From contig JAADVB010000033.1 in NCBI GenBank assembly GCA_023334545.1, positions 42,167 to 106,166 of the forward strand: a DNA stretch of 64,000 bases, read 5' to 3'. Position numbers and translations under genes: made by a program. Of this stretch, positions 29,221 to 40,400 are shown one piece after another. Under the pieces are notes generated by a model. That model worked only from the letters and a program-made list of their open reading frames with translations. It had not been told where the DNA came from and ran no database searches. Source of the stretch: Salisapilia sapeloensis CBS 127946. Lineage: Eukaryota > Protista > Oomycota. The number at the start of each line of letters is the position of its first letter. The stretch's first letter is position 1.

Positions 29221-32200
29221 TTATGTCGTCGCCACTGGTTGCATGAGCGCAAAGCTGCCAGTACCGACCTTTGGTGGTTGGCCAAGGACCAACTTTGCCG
29301 ATGGACTCGTCAATTCGTCACTAATACCGTCCAACGCTGCCTCGGTCAAGAATTTCATGGACGTTTCGAACGTAATCTGTTGGAAGGACGAACCCTTCTT
29401 GGCCATACCAATGCGGTTCAATGGCGTGTAACCTCCTTGAGAGGTCATGTAGTCGGCCAGTAGGCTCAAATGGCGCGGGTCGACGCTGATGCCGTACACA
29501 CCGAACACTTCCATAATTTGCTTAGAAATGGAAGCGCGTGCAGCTTCGACACCGTACGTCTGGAGCACTTGGTAAATGTCATTCGTCATGAGATTGTTCA
29601 CGTCCAAAATCTCATCAAAGTTCCAGATCGCCTGGAAGTTCAGTCCAGCTGTTTGGACACACGGACGCTCTTCCGAGTCGTTACCAAGTCGCTGTTGGAT
29701 CAAGTAGCATCGACTAATACCTGGGCAGTGCTGCACCAAAATCTGATTCGCGGTCTTTTCAACCATCGGAACCATGAGCATCGTCTTAAAGTGTGCTGGG
29801 AAGCGCAGACGCAGCTCGATCGAGTTGCGCGCGCGGTCACGACCGATGCGGACGAAGTGGTCGTTCTTCATGACATTTGCGGGCACTTCAAGCGGCTCGA
29901 GACCGTCAATAGAAGATGCAGTCTTCGACTTCTTACCCTTCTTGTTTGACTTGGTCATCGTATCCGTCACATCTGTCGTGCCATTCGATCCTCCGTTCAT
30001 CTCGTCGTCACTTTCATCGTCCGGGCCCTTGGCATTCGTTGGGGCACTGCGGATCTGTTCATCTTCTTCATCCATCTCGCCGTACCCTCGCATCTCGCCA
30101 CGACTGCCAAAGCGAAGAGTACCTTGTTCCTCATCATTGTCCTCTTCCTCCTCATCGTCCTTGGCCGCGGCACGAGTCGGGACCTCTCCACCACCACCAA
30201 ATGAGTTGACAGTCGAAGCAGACGACACATGGAGACCACTCTTACGGATCTCACGCTTAATTAACGACAAGAACTTGCTCACGAACTTCTCTGCGACGGC
30301 AGTGTGAACGTCGTCGACGGACAGACCGAAGGAGCGACGAATGTTCTCTTGGTCGAAGAACGTCAGGCTGATCGTGTAGTCTCGCACCCACGTGATGCCA
30401 TTGTCGCTCTTGACGAACTCATCCTGCACGCGGACACCTTGCTTGTTGTGGATGAGGGATGTGAGTGGCACTCGACTCAGCTTCTTCTCGACTTCCTGTG
30501 CACGGGACTCGGGGATGGACGGTCGCAGCGGGATCGTCATCATTGGCGTCGACATGTGTGGACTCGCCGTCATGATAATCTCACGTAGACGCGGGATACC
30601 GAGCGTAACGTTCGCCGCACCGTGACCGGCAAGATGGAACGTGTTCAACGTCATCTGCGTCGACGGTTCTCCAATACTCTGCGCACAGATGACACCAACG
30701 TTCTCTCCAGGTGCACACATACTACGCAAGAAGTTGACCCACACGAGCAACTGGAATGCATCTGGCGAAATACGATGCTTGCGCTGCATCTTATCCGTGT
30801 CCACTTCCTTCTCCTCCTCATGCTTCCTCTTGGACTTCTTACTCTTCTTCTTTCGCTTCATTTCCTCCAGACAAGACGCTGGGTTGCGACTATTGTAGTC
30901 CGCAAGTTGTTCTTGCAGGCGCTCCGAGACGAGACCGACGTGCTTATTCAACGATCGTTGCTGCATCACCGGGTCCGGAAGCGTCGCCTTGATGATGTCG
31001 ACTCGACCAGAGAAGGCACGCGTCTTGAGAGTTGGTTTGCTCGACTTGAAGAACGTCGTGCGTGGGACGTTGAATGCTTCCTGTCCAGTGCCGAGGTATC
31101 GGACATTGTAGATAGAGTCCCTTCCATCCGTAGCTTCAGTCGCCACAGCCGTGATTTCAGCTGGGAAGAAACCTTCTTCAATCTTTCCTCGCTTCCACTT
31201 CTTCTCTCCTTCCTTGAGCTTACGGCACTGGACGATCGTACCGACAGCAAGTGTCGAGTTCGCGTCCGATACATCCCCACGCTTGGCACGACGCATCGAG
31301 TCGTGGAGCTTAATTGGATCCATAATATCCAACTGGGTCTTGTCAAAGAAGTCAGCACCAATACCGTTCTTCGTCGACATGCTGCGGTGGTTCATGGCCA
31401 AAAAGTTAAACTGCGCATCCTTACCGGACAGCAGAGCAGTCTGCAACGGGTCCACACCGTCTTCACCGTACAAGAACTGGACGACACTACCTTCACTGTC
31501 TCGAACCGTGTGGTCGTAAGTGACCGTAAGGTCCTCCAAGTGCTTCATCAGACAACGCTGGAGGTATCCGCTTCGACTCGTCTTGACGGCAGTATCCACA
31601 AGACCTTCTCGTCCAGCCATACAATGGTGGTAGTACTCTTGTGGACGCAGACCGGTTAAGAATCGATCGGTGATGTATCCACCGGCACGAGGTGCTGGGT
31701 CGAAAGGTTCAAACGACGGCAAGGATCGACCGCTACAGAGGATCGGCACACGTCGGCCTTCCAACGCTTGTTGTCCGAGACCACACGAGATTTGCGAGTG
31801 GTTCACCATCGATCCCTTTGCACCTGTCAAGACCATGAGCGAAAAGTTATTCTTCGGGAACGACTTGTTCTGTCCCGACGGCAAACAAGTCTTGATGATG
31901 TCACTGTTCGAGCCATGGACGGTGCCCATCATGTGTGCGTCCAGCGCTGCAGCATTGTCCGGTGCGTCGGCACCACTGAGTAGCGTATGCATGCGCGATC
32001 GGATCTGATCTCTCTCTTCGTCGTTCATACGACGCTGCTGACCTTCCGACGTAGATCTCTTGTTGTTCAAGAGATCTTCCAAGCCCGCAAACTCTGCGTA
32101 CGCTTCTTCACCGTTGACAACAGAGTCATCCACTAGTTTCTGACGACGCTGCTCAGCTTCAGTCGTGAGCGTCAAGTCCTCCATAGCACACGTGTGACCG

Positions 32201-34617
32201 GCAAACTGCAAGTACGTCGTAAAGAGTCGACCGAGAGCAGTTAGCAAGTCAGCAGCGACGCGAGCACCGTAGAGCTCAAAGCTGGCGTGGACGAAACCGT
32301 GCATGGATGCACCGAACTGGGCCTTGTCGAGCACACCTTGCATCAACTCGCCATCTCGGAAGATGACAATGTGCTCTCCATTGTTGTTGCCATACAAGTC
32401 GCTCTTGATCTTTGCTTTACTGTCGAGATTTAACGGTGCTTTGCCCTTCGTCAGCATCTTGAGAATCGATGTGATCACCTGCTTACCAGTCCACATCGGA
32501 CGTGGCTTGAGGATCGCTGGCATCACCGTCTCAACGCGCAAGTCGTCGTAGTTGGCATCCTCTAGACTCGCCCACGCACTGTACAGCAGCTGCATGTACA
32601 TGTCCTTGTCCAAGAACGTGTCTCTCTGCGTAAGCTTCACACCACTGTCGACGTGGTCCTGGATCAACCCACGCAATGGCGATCCGTCCGTCGGGACGAG
32701 GTACTGGTGATCGTTCTGAGCAATGTGGTACGCTTCGGCACGAGCGAGTTCGCTCTGTGGGAAGTGCATGTTCATCTCATCACCGTCAAAGTCAGCGTTG
32801 AACGTGTTACAGTTGGCGTAGTGCATACGCAGCGTCTGCATCGACGGGTTCGTCAACACACGAGCGACGTGCGCCATCATACTCGGTTTATGCAGTGTCG
32901 GCTGTCGGTTCATCAGGACAACATCACCCGTCTGCAAGTGACGCCACACTTTCTTCACATTGTGCTTACTCGAGCCCATCGCACTCGCCGAGCGGGTAAG
33001 CAGCGTCTTACTAATGGCTTCGCGTTGGTGAGCACTGCGCTTACTCAAGTCGATCAATCGACCAGTCTCACTTTCGACAAAGTTCGCACCAGGATGCACT
33101 TCTGGTCCATTGATGACGAGCTGTCGCATCTCTTCGACATTCCACGCCGTCACAGGCTGTGGGTACGTCAGTGTGCGAGCAAAGCGCAAGGGCACTCCGA
33201 TTTGACTTGTGCTAATGTACGGATCGGGCGAAATGACCGATCGAGCAGCGTAGTTAACACGCTTACCCATCATATTCTTACGGAACAGACCTTCCTTCTT
33301 CTCAATCACTTGCTTGATGCCTTGTGCAGCATCGGCACCAGCGTTCGAGCTGTCAACCAACGAGTTCACAGTCGTCTGGAGCTCTGTCCATTGAGTGATT
33401 TTACGAGACAAATTCAGCTGACGCTTCTCTTCCTCGGCACTTTCCTCTGCGCTTTCTTCAGTGCTACGTTGCTGCGCGTAATAGTCTGTCTGGACGATGC
33501 TCTCACTCAGTTGGATAATCTTGGACAAGTACGAGTTCTGTGCATGCTCAAACTGTTGGTCACCCATGAACACAGGCGGTCGGAAGCGAGAAGGAGCCAC
33601 AGGGATGACGTTCAAGAAGAATTTGCGCCACCCATCGTTCTTAGCGCCTGGCACACGACCACTCGCAGCGTTTCGGTTGCCGTACAAGAGCTCCATGAGC
33701 CCTTCTTCCTGTTTCCACAGCATCTGAAGCTGCGACTGGACTTCGAGCGGCGGCATGAACTTGTTCTTGGCAACGTCTCCCGTGCCTTCATCGTCATCGT
33801 CGTCCGAATCGTCCGAGTCATCGGCCTTCTTTCCATCGTCCGAATCCATACCTTCCATAGTGTCCATGGCAGACGAGATGACAGCATGACGATTGCGATT
33901 GTGACGCAACGACCTCATACTCAATTCTTTGTGGAAGATCTTGGCTTTCTGATCCTGTCGCAGCTTGGGCGAGATCGCGCCACAGTTCTCACATTTGTGC
34001 TTGATCGCTTTAAAGAACTGGTCGATGATTTTCGATCGTTGGACCTCAACGGATCGAGGCTGGTGTGGCAGCTTGGAAGGCTCGTCTCCACCTTGCTGCG
34101 CACCAGAGAGTGCGAGACGCTCGTACTCGTCCAAAATCGCCTGTCGTCGCTTCTGCGTTCGCTCCGGAGGTTCATCTTCGACACCATCACGTTGCTCTAG
34201 GAGCTCTGGCAGCATGGCCGCTTCGTCCGTGAAGCCATTGTCAAGTAAGAGCAAATGCACTCGTACAGCACGAGCTCTGGCTGCTGACATGCGGAATTTA
34301 TGGCAAGAAAAGCATTTACGCTTGAGTAGATTGAGCATGTGATTAAACAGCACTGGATTGTACACTGGCACAGGGAGCTCAATATGGCCGACGTGTCCTG
34401 GACATTCCTTTTGCGTTTGATGGCATGTCGGACAAATCATGTGAAAGTCAATCGGACCCATTGCCGGGTCATACAGACCGCCGACGACCGGATTATTCAA
34501 CGTATCGAATGATAGTCGGCTCGTGACCTGCTTGACACTAAGCTTGCGTAGCTCCTCGTCACTATAGAAGCCGAAACCGACTTCATTGACATCATGTCGA
34601 AGTATCATTTGGTCCAT
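29221..34617 (-). CDS. RPA1: DNA-directed RNA polymerase I largest subunit (RPA1/RPA190)
   Basis: CPTC..ECPGHVGHIELP, FRKNMMGKRVNYAARSVISPDP, YANCNTFNADFDGDEMN, ARAEAY, TAVKTSRSGYLQR and GEPSTQMTLNTFH, plus an acidic expander-like region; intronless, 1798 aa. Confidence 0.96.
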   Translation of the reverse strand: MDQMILRHDVNEVGFGFYSDEELRKLSVKQVTSRLSFDTLNNPVVGGLYDPAMGPIDFHMICPTCHQTQKECPGHVGHIELPVPVYNPVLFNHMLNLLKRKCFSCHKFRMSAARARAVRVHLLLLDNGFTDEAAMLPELLEQRDGVEDEPPERTQKRRQAILDEYERLALSGAQQGGDEPSKLPHQPRSVEVQRSKIIDQFFKAIKHKCENCGAISPKLRQDQKAKIFHKELSMRSLRHNRNRHAVISSAMDTMEGMDSDDGKKADDSDDSDDDDDEGTGDVAKNKFMPPLEVQSQLQMLWKQEEGLMELLYGNRNAASGRVPGAKNDGWRKFFLNVIPVAPSRFRPPVFMGDQQFEHAQNSYLSKIIQLSESIVQTDYYAQQRSTEESAEESAEEEKRQLNLSRKITQWTELQTTVNSLVDSSNAGADAAQGIKQVIEKKEGLFRKNMMGKRVNYAARSVISPDPYISTSQIGVPLRFARTLTYPQPVTAWNVEEMRQLVINGPEVHPGANFVESETGRLIDLSKRSAHQREAISKTLLTRSASAMGSSKHNVKKVWRHLQTGDVVLMNRQPTLHKPSMMAHVARVLTNPSMQTLRMHYANCNTFNADFDGDEMNMHFPQSELARAEAYHIAQNDHQYLVPTDGSPLRGLIQDHVDSGVKLTQRDTFLDKDMYMQLLYSAWASLEDANYDDLRVETVMPAILKPRPMWTGKQVITSILKMLTKGKAPLNLDSKAKIKSDLYGNNNGEHIVIFRDGELMQGVLDKAQFGASMHGFVHASFELYGARVAADLLTALGRLFTTYLQFAGHTCAMEDLTLTTEAEQRRQKLVDDSVVNGEEAYAEFAGLEDLLNNKRSTSEGQQRRMNDEERDQIRSRMHTLLSGADAPDNAAALDAHMMGTVHGSNSDIIKTCLPSGQNKSFPKNNFSLMVLTGAKGSMVNHSQISCGLGQQALEGRRVPILCSGRSLPSFEPFDPAPRAGGYITDRFLTGLRPQEYYHHCMAGREGLVDTAVKTSRSGYLQRCLMKHLEDLTVTYDHTVRDSEGSVVQFLYGEDGVDPLQTALLSGKDAQFNFLAMNHRSMSTKNGIGADFFDKTQLDIMDPIKLHDSMRRAKRGDVSDANSTLAVGTIVQCRKLKEGEKKWKRGKIEEGFFPAEITAVATEATDGRDSIYNVRYLGTGQEAFNVPRTTFFKSSKPTLKTRAFSGRVDIIKATLPDPVMQQRSLNKHVGLVSERLQEQLADYNSRNPASCLEEMKRKKKSKKSKRKHEEEKEVDTDKMQRKHRISPDAFQLLVWVNFLRSMCAPGENVGVICAQSIGEPSTQMTLNTFHLAGHGAANVTLGIPRLREIIMTASPHMSTPMMTIPLRPSIPESRAQEVEKKLSRVPLTSLIHNKQGVRVQDEFVKSDNGITWVRDYTISLTFFDQENIRRSFGLSVDDVHTAVAEKFVSKFLSLIKREIRKSGLHVSSASTVNSFGGGGEVPTRAAAKDDEEEEDNDEEQGTLRFGSRGEMRGYGEMDEEDEQIRSAPTNAKGPDDESDDEMNGGSNGTTDVTDTMTKSNKKGKKSKTASSIDGLEPLEVPANVMKNDHFVRIGRDRARNSIELRLRFPAHFKTMLMVPMVEKTANQILVQHCPGISRCYLIQQRLGNDSEERPCVQTAGLNFQAIWNFDEILDVNNLMTNDIYQVLQTYGVEAARASISKQIMEVFGVYGISVDPRHLSLLADYMTSQGGYTPLNRIGMAKKGSSFQQITFETSMKFLTEAALDGISDELTSPSAKLVLGQPPKVGTGSFALMQPVATT

Positions 34618-34753
34618 GACTAACTAACTCGTATGAAAGACTAGTCTAGAGAGAATCACGAAAGTCGTAGAGACAGCTACCCAAGGCACAGGAACAAGCC
34701 TCGTCTCGTGATGTCGCTTCCAGTCGATTTGTTTGTTTTGTGTCGACCATCCA

Positions 34754-34768
34754 GAATTTTAGCCAATC
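34754..34768 (-). promoter_or_regulatory. Extended CCAAT box upstream of RPA1
   Basis: GAATTTTAGCCAATC, about 140 bp upstream of the RPA1 ATG. Confidence 0.55.
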
Positions 34769-34912
34769 GTACGTGACCTGATATCACATACGGAATGCTC
34801 ATTGGGTGAAACTTATATGAAAAGGTATCCATCTATCTTGAAAGGGCATATAGGGATGCATGTTGCCAAGGGTTAGTCGATCGATACCAACCGCTACTCT
34901 AGGTGCACGAAT

Positions 34913-36511
34913 CTACTCTTCGTACATGCCACAGTCGGCAATGACCACTGGCACCGTCGGCTTGTCTCCCTTGTCCGTCTCCAACTGCTCCACACGTTCC
35001 ACGACATCAAATCCCTCCACGACTTTACCGAACACGACGTGCTTGCCGTCCAAGTGCGGCGTCGGGACGGTCGTAATGAAGAACTGAGAGCCGTTCGTAC
35101 CTGGCCCGGCATTCGCCATGGACAAGAGACCCTTCTCCGTGTGCTTCAACTTGAAGTTCTCGTCCGGGAACTTCTCGCCGTAGATCGATTCGCCGCCCGT
35201 GCCGTCGCCATTCGTAAAGTCTCCGCCTTGGCACATGAAGCCCTTGATGACACGGTGGAAGGCGCTGCCCTTGTAGTGCAGAGGCTTGCCCATCTTGCCT
35301 TCGCCCTTCTCTCCAGTGCACAGCGCGCGGAAGTTCTCGGCAGTCTTCGGCACAACGTCCTTGAAGATCTGCATGACGACTTTACCAGCATCTTCATCGC
35401 CGATCTGGAGGTCGAAGAAGACCTTCGGGTTGTTCGGGTCGAGCTCGATCTCGCCTTCAACATCCTCCTTGTCATTGTACATAGAAACCTTGTTGAAGAA
35501 GCCGCCGAAGACCTTCTTCTCCGCCTGCTTGGCCTGCTGCAGCTTACTCTTGACCAGTTCGATTTGCTTCCGAACGTCCCTGTTCTTCGGGTCGAGCTTG
35601 GCGGCAGCCAATAGATCTTCCTTGGCACGGTCCAAGTCGTTCAGGTGCATGCGTCCGACACCGCGACGGAAGAGACCTTTGATGTTGTCCGGGTCGTTTG
35701 CCAGCGCCTTGTTGGCAGAGGACACGACCTCGGAGTAGTCTTCCGTCTTGATGCAGCACATGGCGACGTTGAGGTAGCACGTCGTCTGCAGAGCCTTCAT
35801 ACGCTGCTTGTCGACATCCTCAACGTCGTACAGGTCTTCCATGACTGCTGCGGCTTCCTCGTACTTGGTAATGGCTTGGTTATACTTTTTCTCCTTGAAC
35901 GCAGCCGTGCCTTCATCCTTCAAAGACGTGCATTCGGCCAACTTTTCCTCCGCATCCATCTCCCAAATCTCCTTCTTCTTCGGGTCAAAGCCAAGGAGCT
36001 CGACATCGAATTTCAAAGTAGCGTTCTGAGGAATCTTGGGTGGCATCCCGTTCTTCCCGTACGCGTACTCTGGTTTCGCCGTCACAACTGCTTTCTGTAG
36101 GATATAGGAATAAGTACAAGGTAAGAGTTCTTTTTAGTCGTATGGACCTACCTCTCCAACTTTCATAGACGCAAAGACGAGATCCCATGCTTTAATGACA
36201 TCGCCTCGATTCAGCGTGAACTAGAGATAGCTATTGCTTAGTGTCTACATGTATCAGGATGACAAGTTATCATAGTACCTTAAACTCCGAGTTACGGTCG
36301 CGAGAGCTATCGAATTTCGTTCCGTCCAACAAGGTCCCGGTGTAGTGTGCTAGATCACTATTAGCAACTCGTACTCACCAATTATCTTTCAACTAGTACC
36401 TCGAATCTCATATCCATCCGGAGGCATGCCACCCGATCCTTCCACATACGTCTCTTTCAGAACTCCTCCATCTCCAGAAAGGTCCACTGCTTTACTCATT
36501 TCTTCTGCCAT
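34913..36511 (-). CDS. Dual-family immunophilin: FKBP-TPR-cyclophilin (FCBP); 4 exons
   Basis: FKBP ([44 protein letters not shown]), three TPRs and cyclophilin ([48 protein letters not shown]). Confidence 0.93.
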
Positions 36512-36561
36512 TGCGCTCTACCTCACTTGTACTGGTATGAGGCGCTCTGTCGGGTTTTGGC

Positions 36562-36574
36562 GTAGATTCTAGAA
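36562..36574. promoter_or_regulatory. Putative heat-shock element (GtAgaTTCtaGAA)
   Basis: Perfect TTCnnGAA dyad at 36567-36574 plus one imperfect unit, about 55 bp upstream of the immunophilin ATG. Confidence 0.35.
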
Positions 36575-36596
36575 ATCTAAATCTTATGCGTATTGT

Positions 36597-36611
36597 GATT
36601 GGCTAAAATTC
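36597..36611 (+). promoter_or_regulatory. Extended CCAAT box upstream of the FKBP-TPR-cyclophilin gene
   Basis: GATTGGCTAAAATTC, the exact reverse complement of 34754-34768. Confidence 0.55.
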
Positions 36612-36647
36612 GTCTGAAAATGAATGCTGTCATGATGATATGGACAC

Positions 36648-37217
36648 CTAGCGGAGCATGTTGAGATTGGTCATGGTGCGCACGAGAGCAGTATCGCATT
36701 CGTCTTGGATACGATGTAGTTGCTCCTGATGACCTTGACGTTCTTTATCAAATTGTTTCTTTAAACGCTGTCGACCGATTATCGAAGTTTCCATTCGCAT
36801 CTCGACTTGTCGATCCAATTCCCGCTCGAGTTCATCCTCAATTAGCTTGTTTACTTGAGCACGATACCGGTGTTGCGTCTTCTGTACTAGCTCTACTTCA
36901 AGACGTCGACGCTCTTGACTGTGGAGGTCTCTCCGCTGGAGCTCGTGTCGTAACCCACGTAGCGACTCCATGTACTTCTTTTCTGCTTTCTATATTTTGT
37001 ATCATGCACATGAGCAACAGAGACAACTATGCGTAATAATGTTATATACTTGGACTTGGAGTCTATATTGTTCGTTCCACTTGACGCAATCGCCCAGCTT
37101 GCGGTCCGACTGGGTCTCTGCGTTCTTCGTTGGTTTTACACGGACAGCATTATCGGTTGCTCTCGTGCATTTCAAATCACCTATCGATGGGTGTAGCTTT
37201 GTACGATACATTGGCAT
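36648..37217 (-). CDS. Small coiled-coil hypothetical protein; at least 2 exons
   Basis: ORF 37002..37259 splices (CAA|GTATAT...ATAG|AAA) in frame into ORF 36648..36971. The product is E/R/Q-rich. The start is uncertain. Confidence 0.55.
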
Positions 37218-37403
37218 CTTCAGACTCCTGACAACCGAAAGATGGTAAATGAGACGCACAAAGCATGATGTCCTGATCTGCTCTCTGTCTTATCAGGTTC
37301 GGTAGCAAATCCACGATATGATCGTTACGATCCTAAATATAGGGCTGAATCGTGTTACGTGAAACTTGGCATCTTCTTTCCAACAAGAACAAAGTGATTA
37401 GCA

Positions 37404-40400
37404 ATGGGGAGTGATGAGAAAGAGGTGGAAAACATCCAGGTGGCAGTACGCTGCCGCCCGATGAACCAACGGGAGATACGAGAACAGGCATCTTCGTGTT
37501 TTCAAAGTGAAAATGGCATAGCAGTTTTGACGAACTTGGAAAATCTGTCTGAAAAGTATGAATATGCCTTTGATCATGTCTATGGATGTGAAACACCACA
37601 AGATCAAGTGTTTTCTGACATTGGTGCCCCTATCTTGGATCGTGCTTTTGGTGGATATAATGGTACCATCTTTGCGTATGGACAAACTGGGAGTGGTAAA
37701 ACCTTTAGTATGAGTGGAGTCCGAGGCGATGAAACCTTAGAAGGACTCATTCCACGCATGAATACTGCGATTTTTGATCGAATAGCTGCAGAGACACAAG
37801 TGAATGCGGACAAAAGTTATCTGGTCGAGTGCTCCTTCTTTGAAATTTACAATGAAATTATCTATGACTTGCTAGATCTGCACTCTGGTGCTACTGGCCA
37901 TGGAAAGAAGTCTAAAGTTGGATTGGAAATCAAAGAGCATGCAGTTCTTGGTATTTACGTGAAGGACTTACAAGAACGAGTTGTACAGAACCGAGATCAG
38001 TTGACGGAGCTTATGACTCAAGGAACACAGGCTCGGACAGTTGGATCCACGCAAATGAATGCCGAAAGCTCACGCTCGCATTCGATCTTTGTCATCAAAA
38101 TTCATCAAAAGGATACAGGCGATGAATCCAAGAACTTGTTCGCGAAAATAAACCTCGTCGATCTTGCTGGGTCTGAGCGTGCCGCATCGACTGGAGCACA
38201 AGGCGATCGATTAAAGGAAGGCGCGAATATTAACAAGAGTCTGAGTGCTTTAGGCAACGTCATTAATGCTCTCGTCGAAGCATCTAGGACGGGAAAGAAA
38301 GTGTTTATTCCATACCGGAATTCAAAGCTTACACGCGTCTTGCAAGAGTCTTTGGGAGGCAACAGTTTGTGCTCCATGTTGGCAACTCTTTCTCCGGCCA
38401 ACATTAACTTCGCAGAAACCCTGAGTACCCTCAAATATGCCAACAGAGCGAAATCAATTAAAGTAAATGCAAAGAAAAACGAGTCATCTTCCCAGATAAG
38501 TCAGTTGAATGACGAAATTGCTGCACTGAAGCGCAAGTTAGCAGAGCAAACTGAAGCATCCATTGGACTGGATCCGAAAGAGAAAGAGGAAATGATCAAG
38601 CGGTATGAGAAACAGATTCAAGAGGTTGATCGTGTGCGTCTACAGACGTGGGAAGACAAAGTGAAGTTGTCCAAACTACAAGAAGCCGAGCGACAGCGTC
38701 ATGAGAAAGAGAAGGCAGCAGCAGATAGACGTATTAAAGAGGAGCGAACGAGAAAATGGAAACTATTAGAAGAAAAGGGTGATACAGAACTTATGTTGAG
38801 AGCGCTACGTGATCTGGATATGAGCTCATCTGTCTCGACATTGGCCATGACGAGTAGCGCTTCAGGTCAAGATTGGCTGGAGAAAGCAAAAAAGCTGCGT
38901 CAGACAGAGAATAATGTGAAGGATCATCGGACGATGATCATGGTGTTTAAATCATCTTTGGACAAAGATGTTAGTACATGGCAAGAACGTATGAAGCGTG
39001 AGGCCCTAGATCCAGATAGCAAGCGACAGAATGCGGCAACTTTGCACATGACTGTGAATCAATTGTGTAGTAAGATAGATAATATTAGTGCAGAAGCAAA
39101 CGAGCTTTTGGACCAGGAAAAAGTATTAATGCAAGAGGAAAATGAATTGATACGTGAAATGGAGGTGAAGTTGGCTGCTTTAAAACTACAAAAGGATTTG
39201 CCATTGCCGGTACAAAATCAAAATGCAGCACCAGTGCCCCAGGCAAGTACTATGAAGTCGAATGAATCTACGGATGAAATTCAAATTGCAGATGAGAAAG
39301 TCAAAGGGTTGTCGATTACAATTGAAATGGTGAAGACGCAGCAGTCCAACCGAGTAAAAGAGGTCCAACGTGAGCGCCGTCGTATGTTCGACTTCAGTGC
39401 GATCTCGCTTGTGTTTATCCAGTACATCGATCAGTGCATGGATAGTAACACAGCAGTACCAGAGAGCTTGGAAGCTTGGCAAAAACTAAAGACCGCTCTT
39501 ACATCTGCTTCCGCCACTTGGCAAAGTATCTGTCAGTCTGAATTTGACGAGCGTGATGCATCAGAAGATGATAAAGATATATATACTCCATTAGGCGAAA
39601 TACATGCATTAGGAATGGAAAGTAAGCAGATACTGGCCCAACAAATCCAAGTTTCTTCAAACACCCAAGACGCCAAGCACATTCGATTAAAGAGCAATGG
39701 CTACTGGGTCCCGATCTCCACGGATGCATCACCAACTATTGTCGTGGACCTGAAATGCCCACACATTCTCTTTTCGATTTCTCTCGCTGGCGGCACAATT
39801 AAACAGAATAATGAAGTTACTACAGCATCCAGCAGCTTGCCTGAAAATGAATCAGGCGCCGCTACTAAACAGGCACCGTCAGATGAAGCAGAAGTTATCG
39901 TAAATGATGACGTTGCATCAAAGGATAAGCTAAAAGAGGTGGTGAGTAAGTACAACGTTGCGGACATCACAGGTGACCATGATATCACGCATGAGCTACT
40001 TGGTTATACAATGTCCTGGATGCGATTATTAAAGACGGATGCAGTACCTACGAAGCTATATGGAAGGCCACCTATACGCTTTTTGCACGATGTGATTTGT
40101 GCTATCATTAAGAACACAGGCTTCGGCTTCCAATCGTTCACGCCGGAAGAGTTTGATTATGCTCAGCTTTCTGGGAAAGAAGAACGCGGAAATTTTCTTG
40201 TTAAAGTGATTAAGCTTGTAGCTGACTTTTACGAGAACGAAAAGGATGTGACGATTTCTGCGACACCGGCATCGATACTTGCTGGTAAAAATCCTGTGGA
40301 TACTCTCAAGCTGCTTTGCTACCTTGCGCTTGCAGCGATGAACCATGTACTTCGCGAAAAGAGTGAAAACAATTCAGCAGCAGCTGATAACAATACTGAT

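Noticed and set aside
29239-34342. Many long plus-strand ORFs over RPA1 (e.g. 32653..34200, 515 aa; 30622..31659, 345 aa)
   Set aside because: Antisense shadows of a GC3-biased gene; the translations have no recognisable motifs.
34754-36611. Transposon TIRs capturing the immunophilin gene
   Set aside because: The similarity stops at 15 bp, there is no TSD, and the motif is a CCAAT box in the expected promoter positions.
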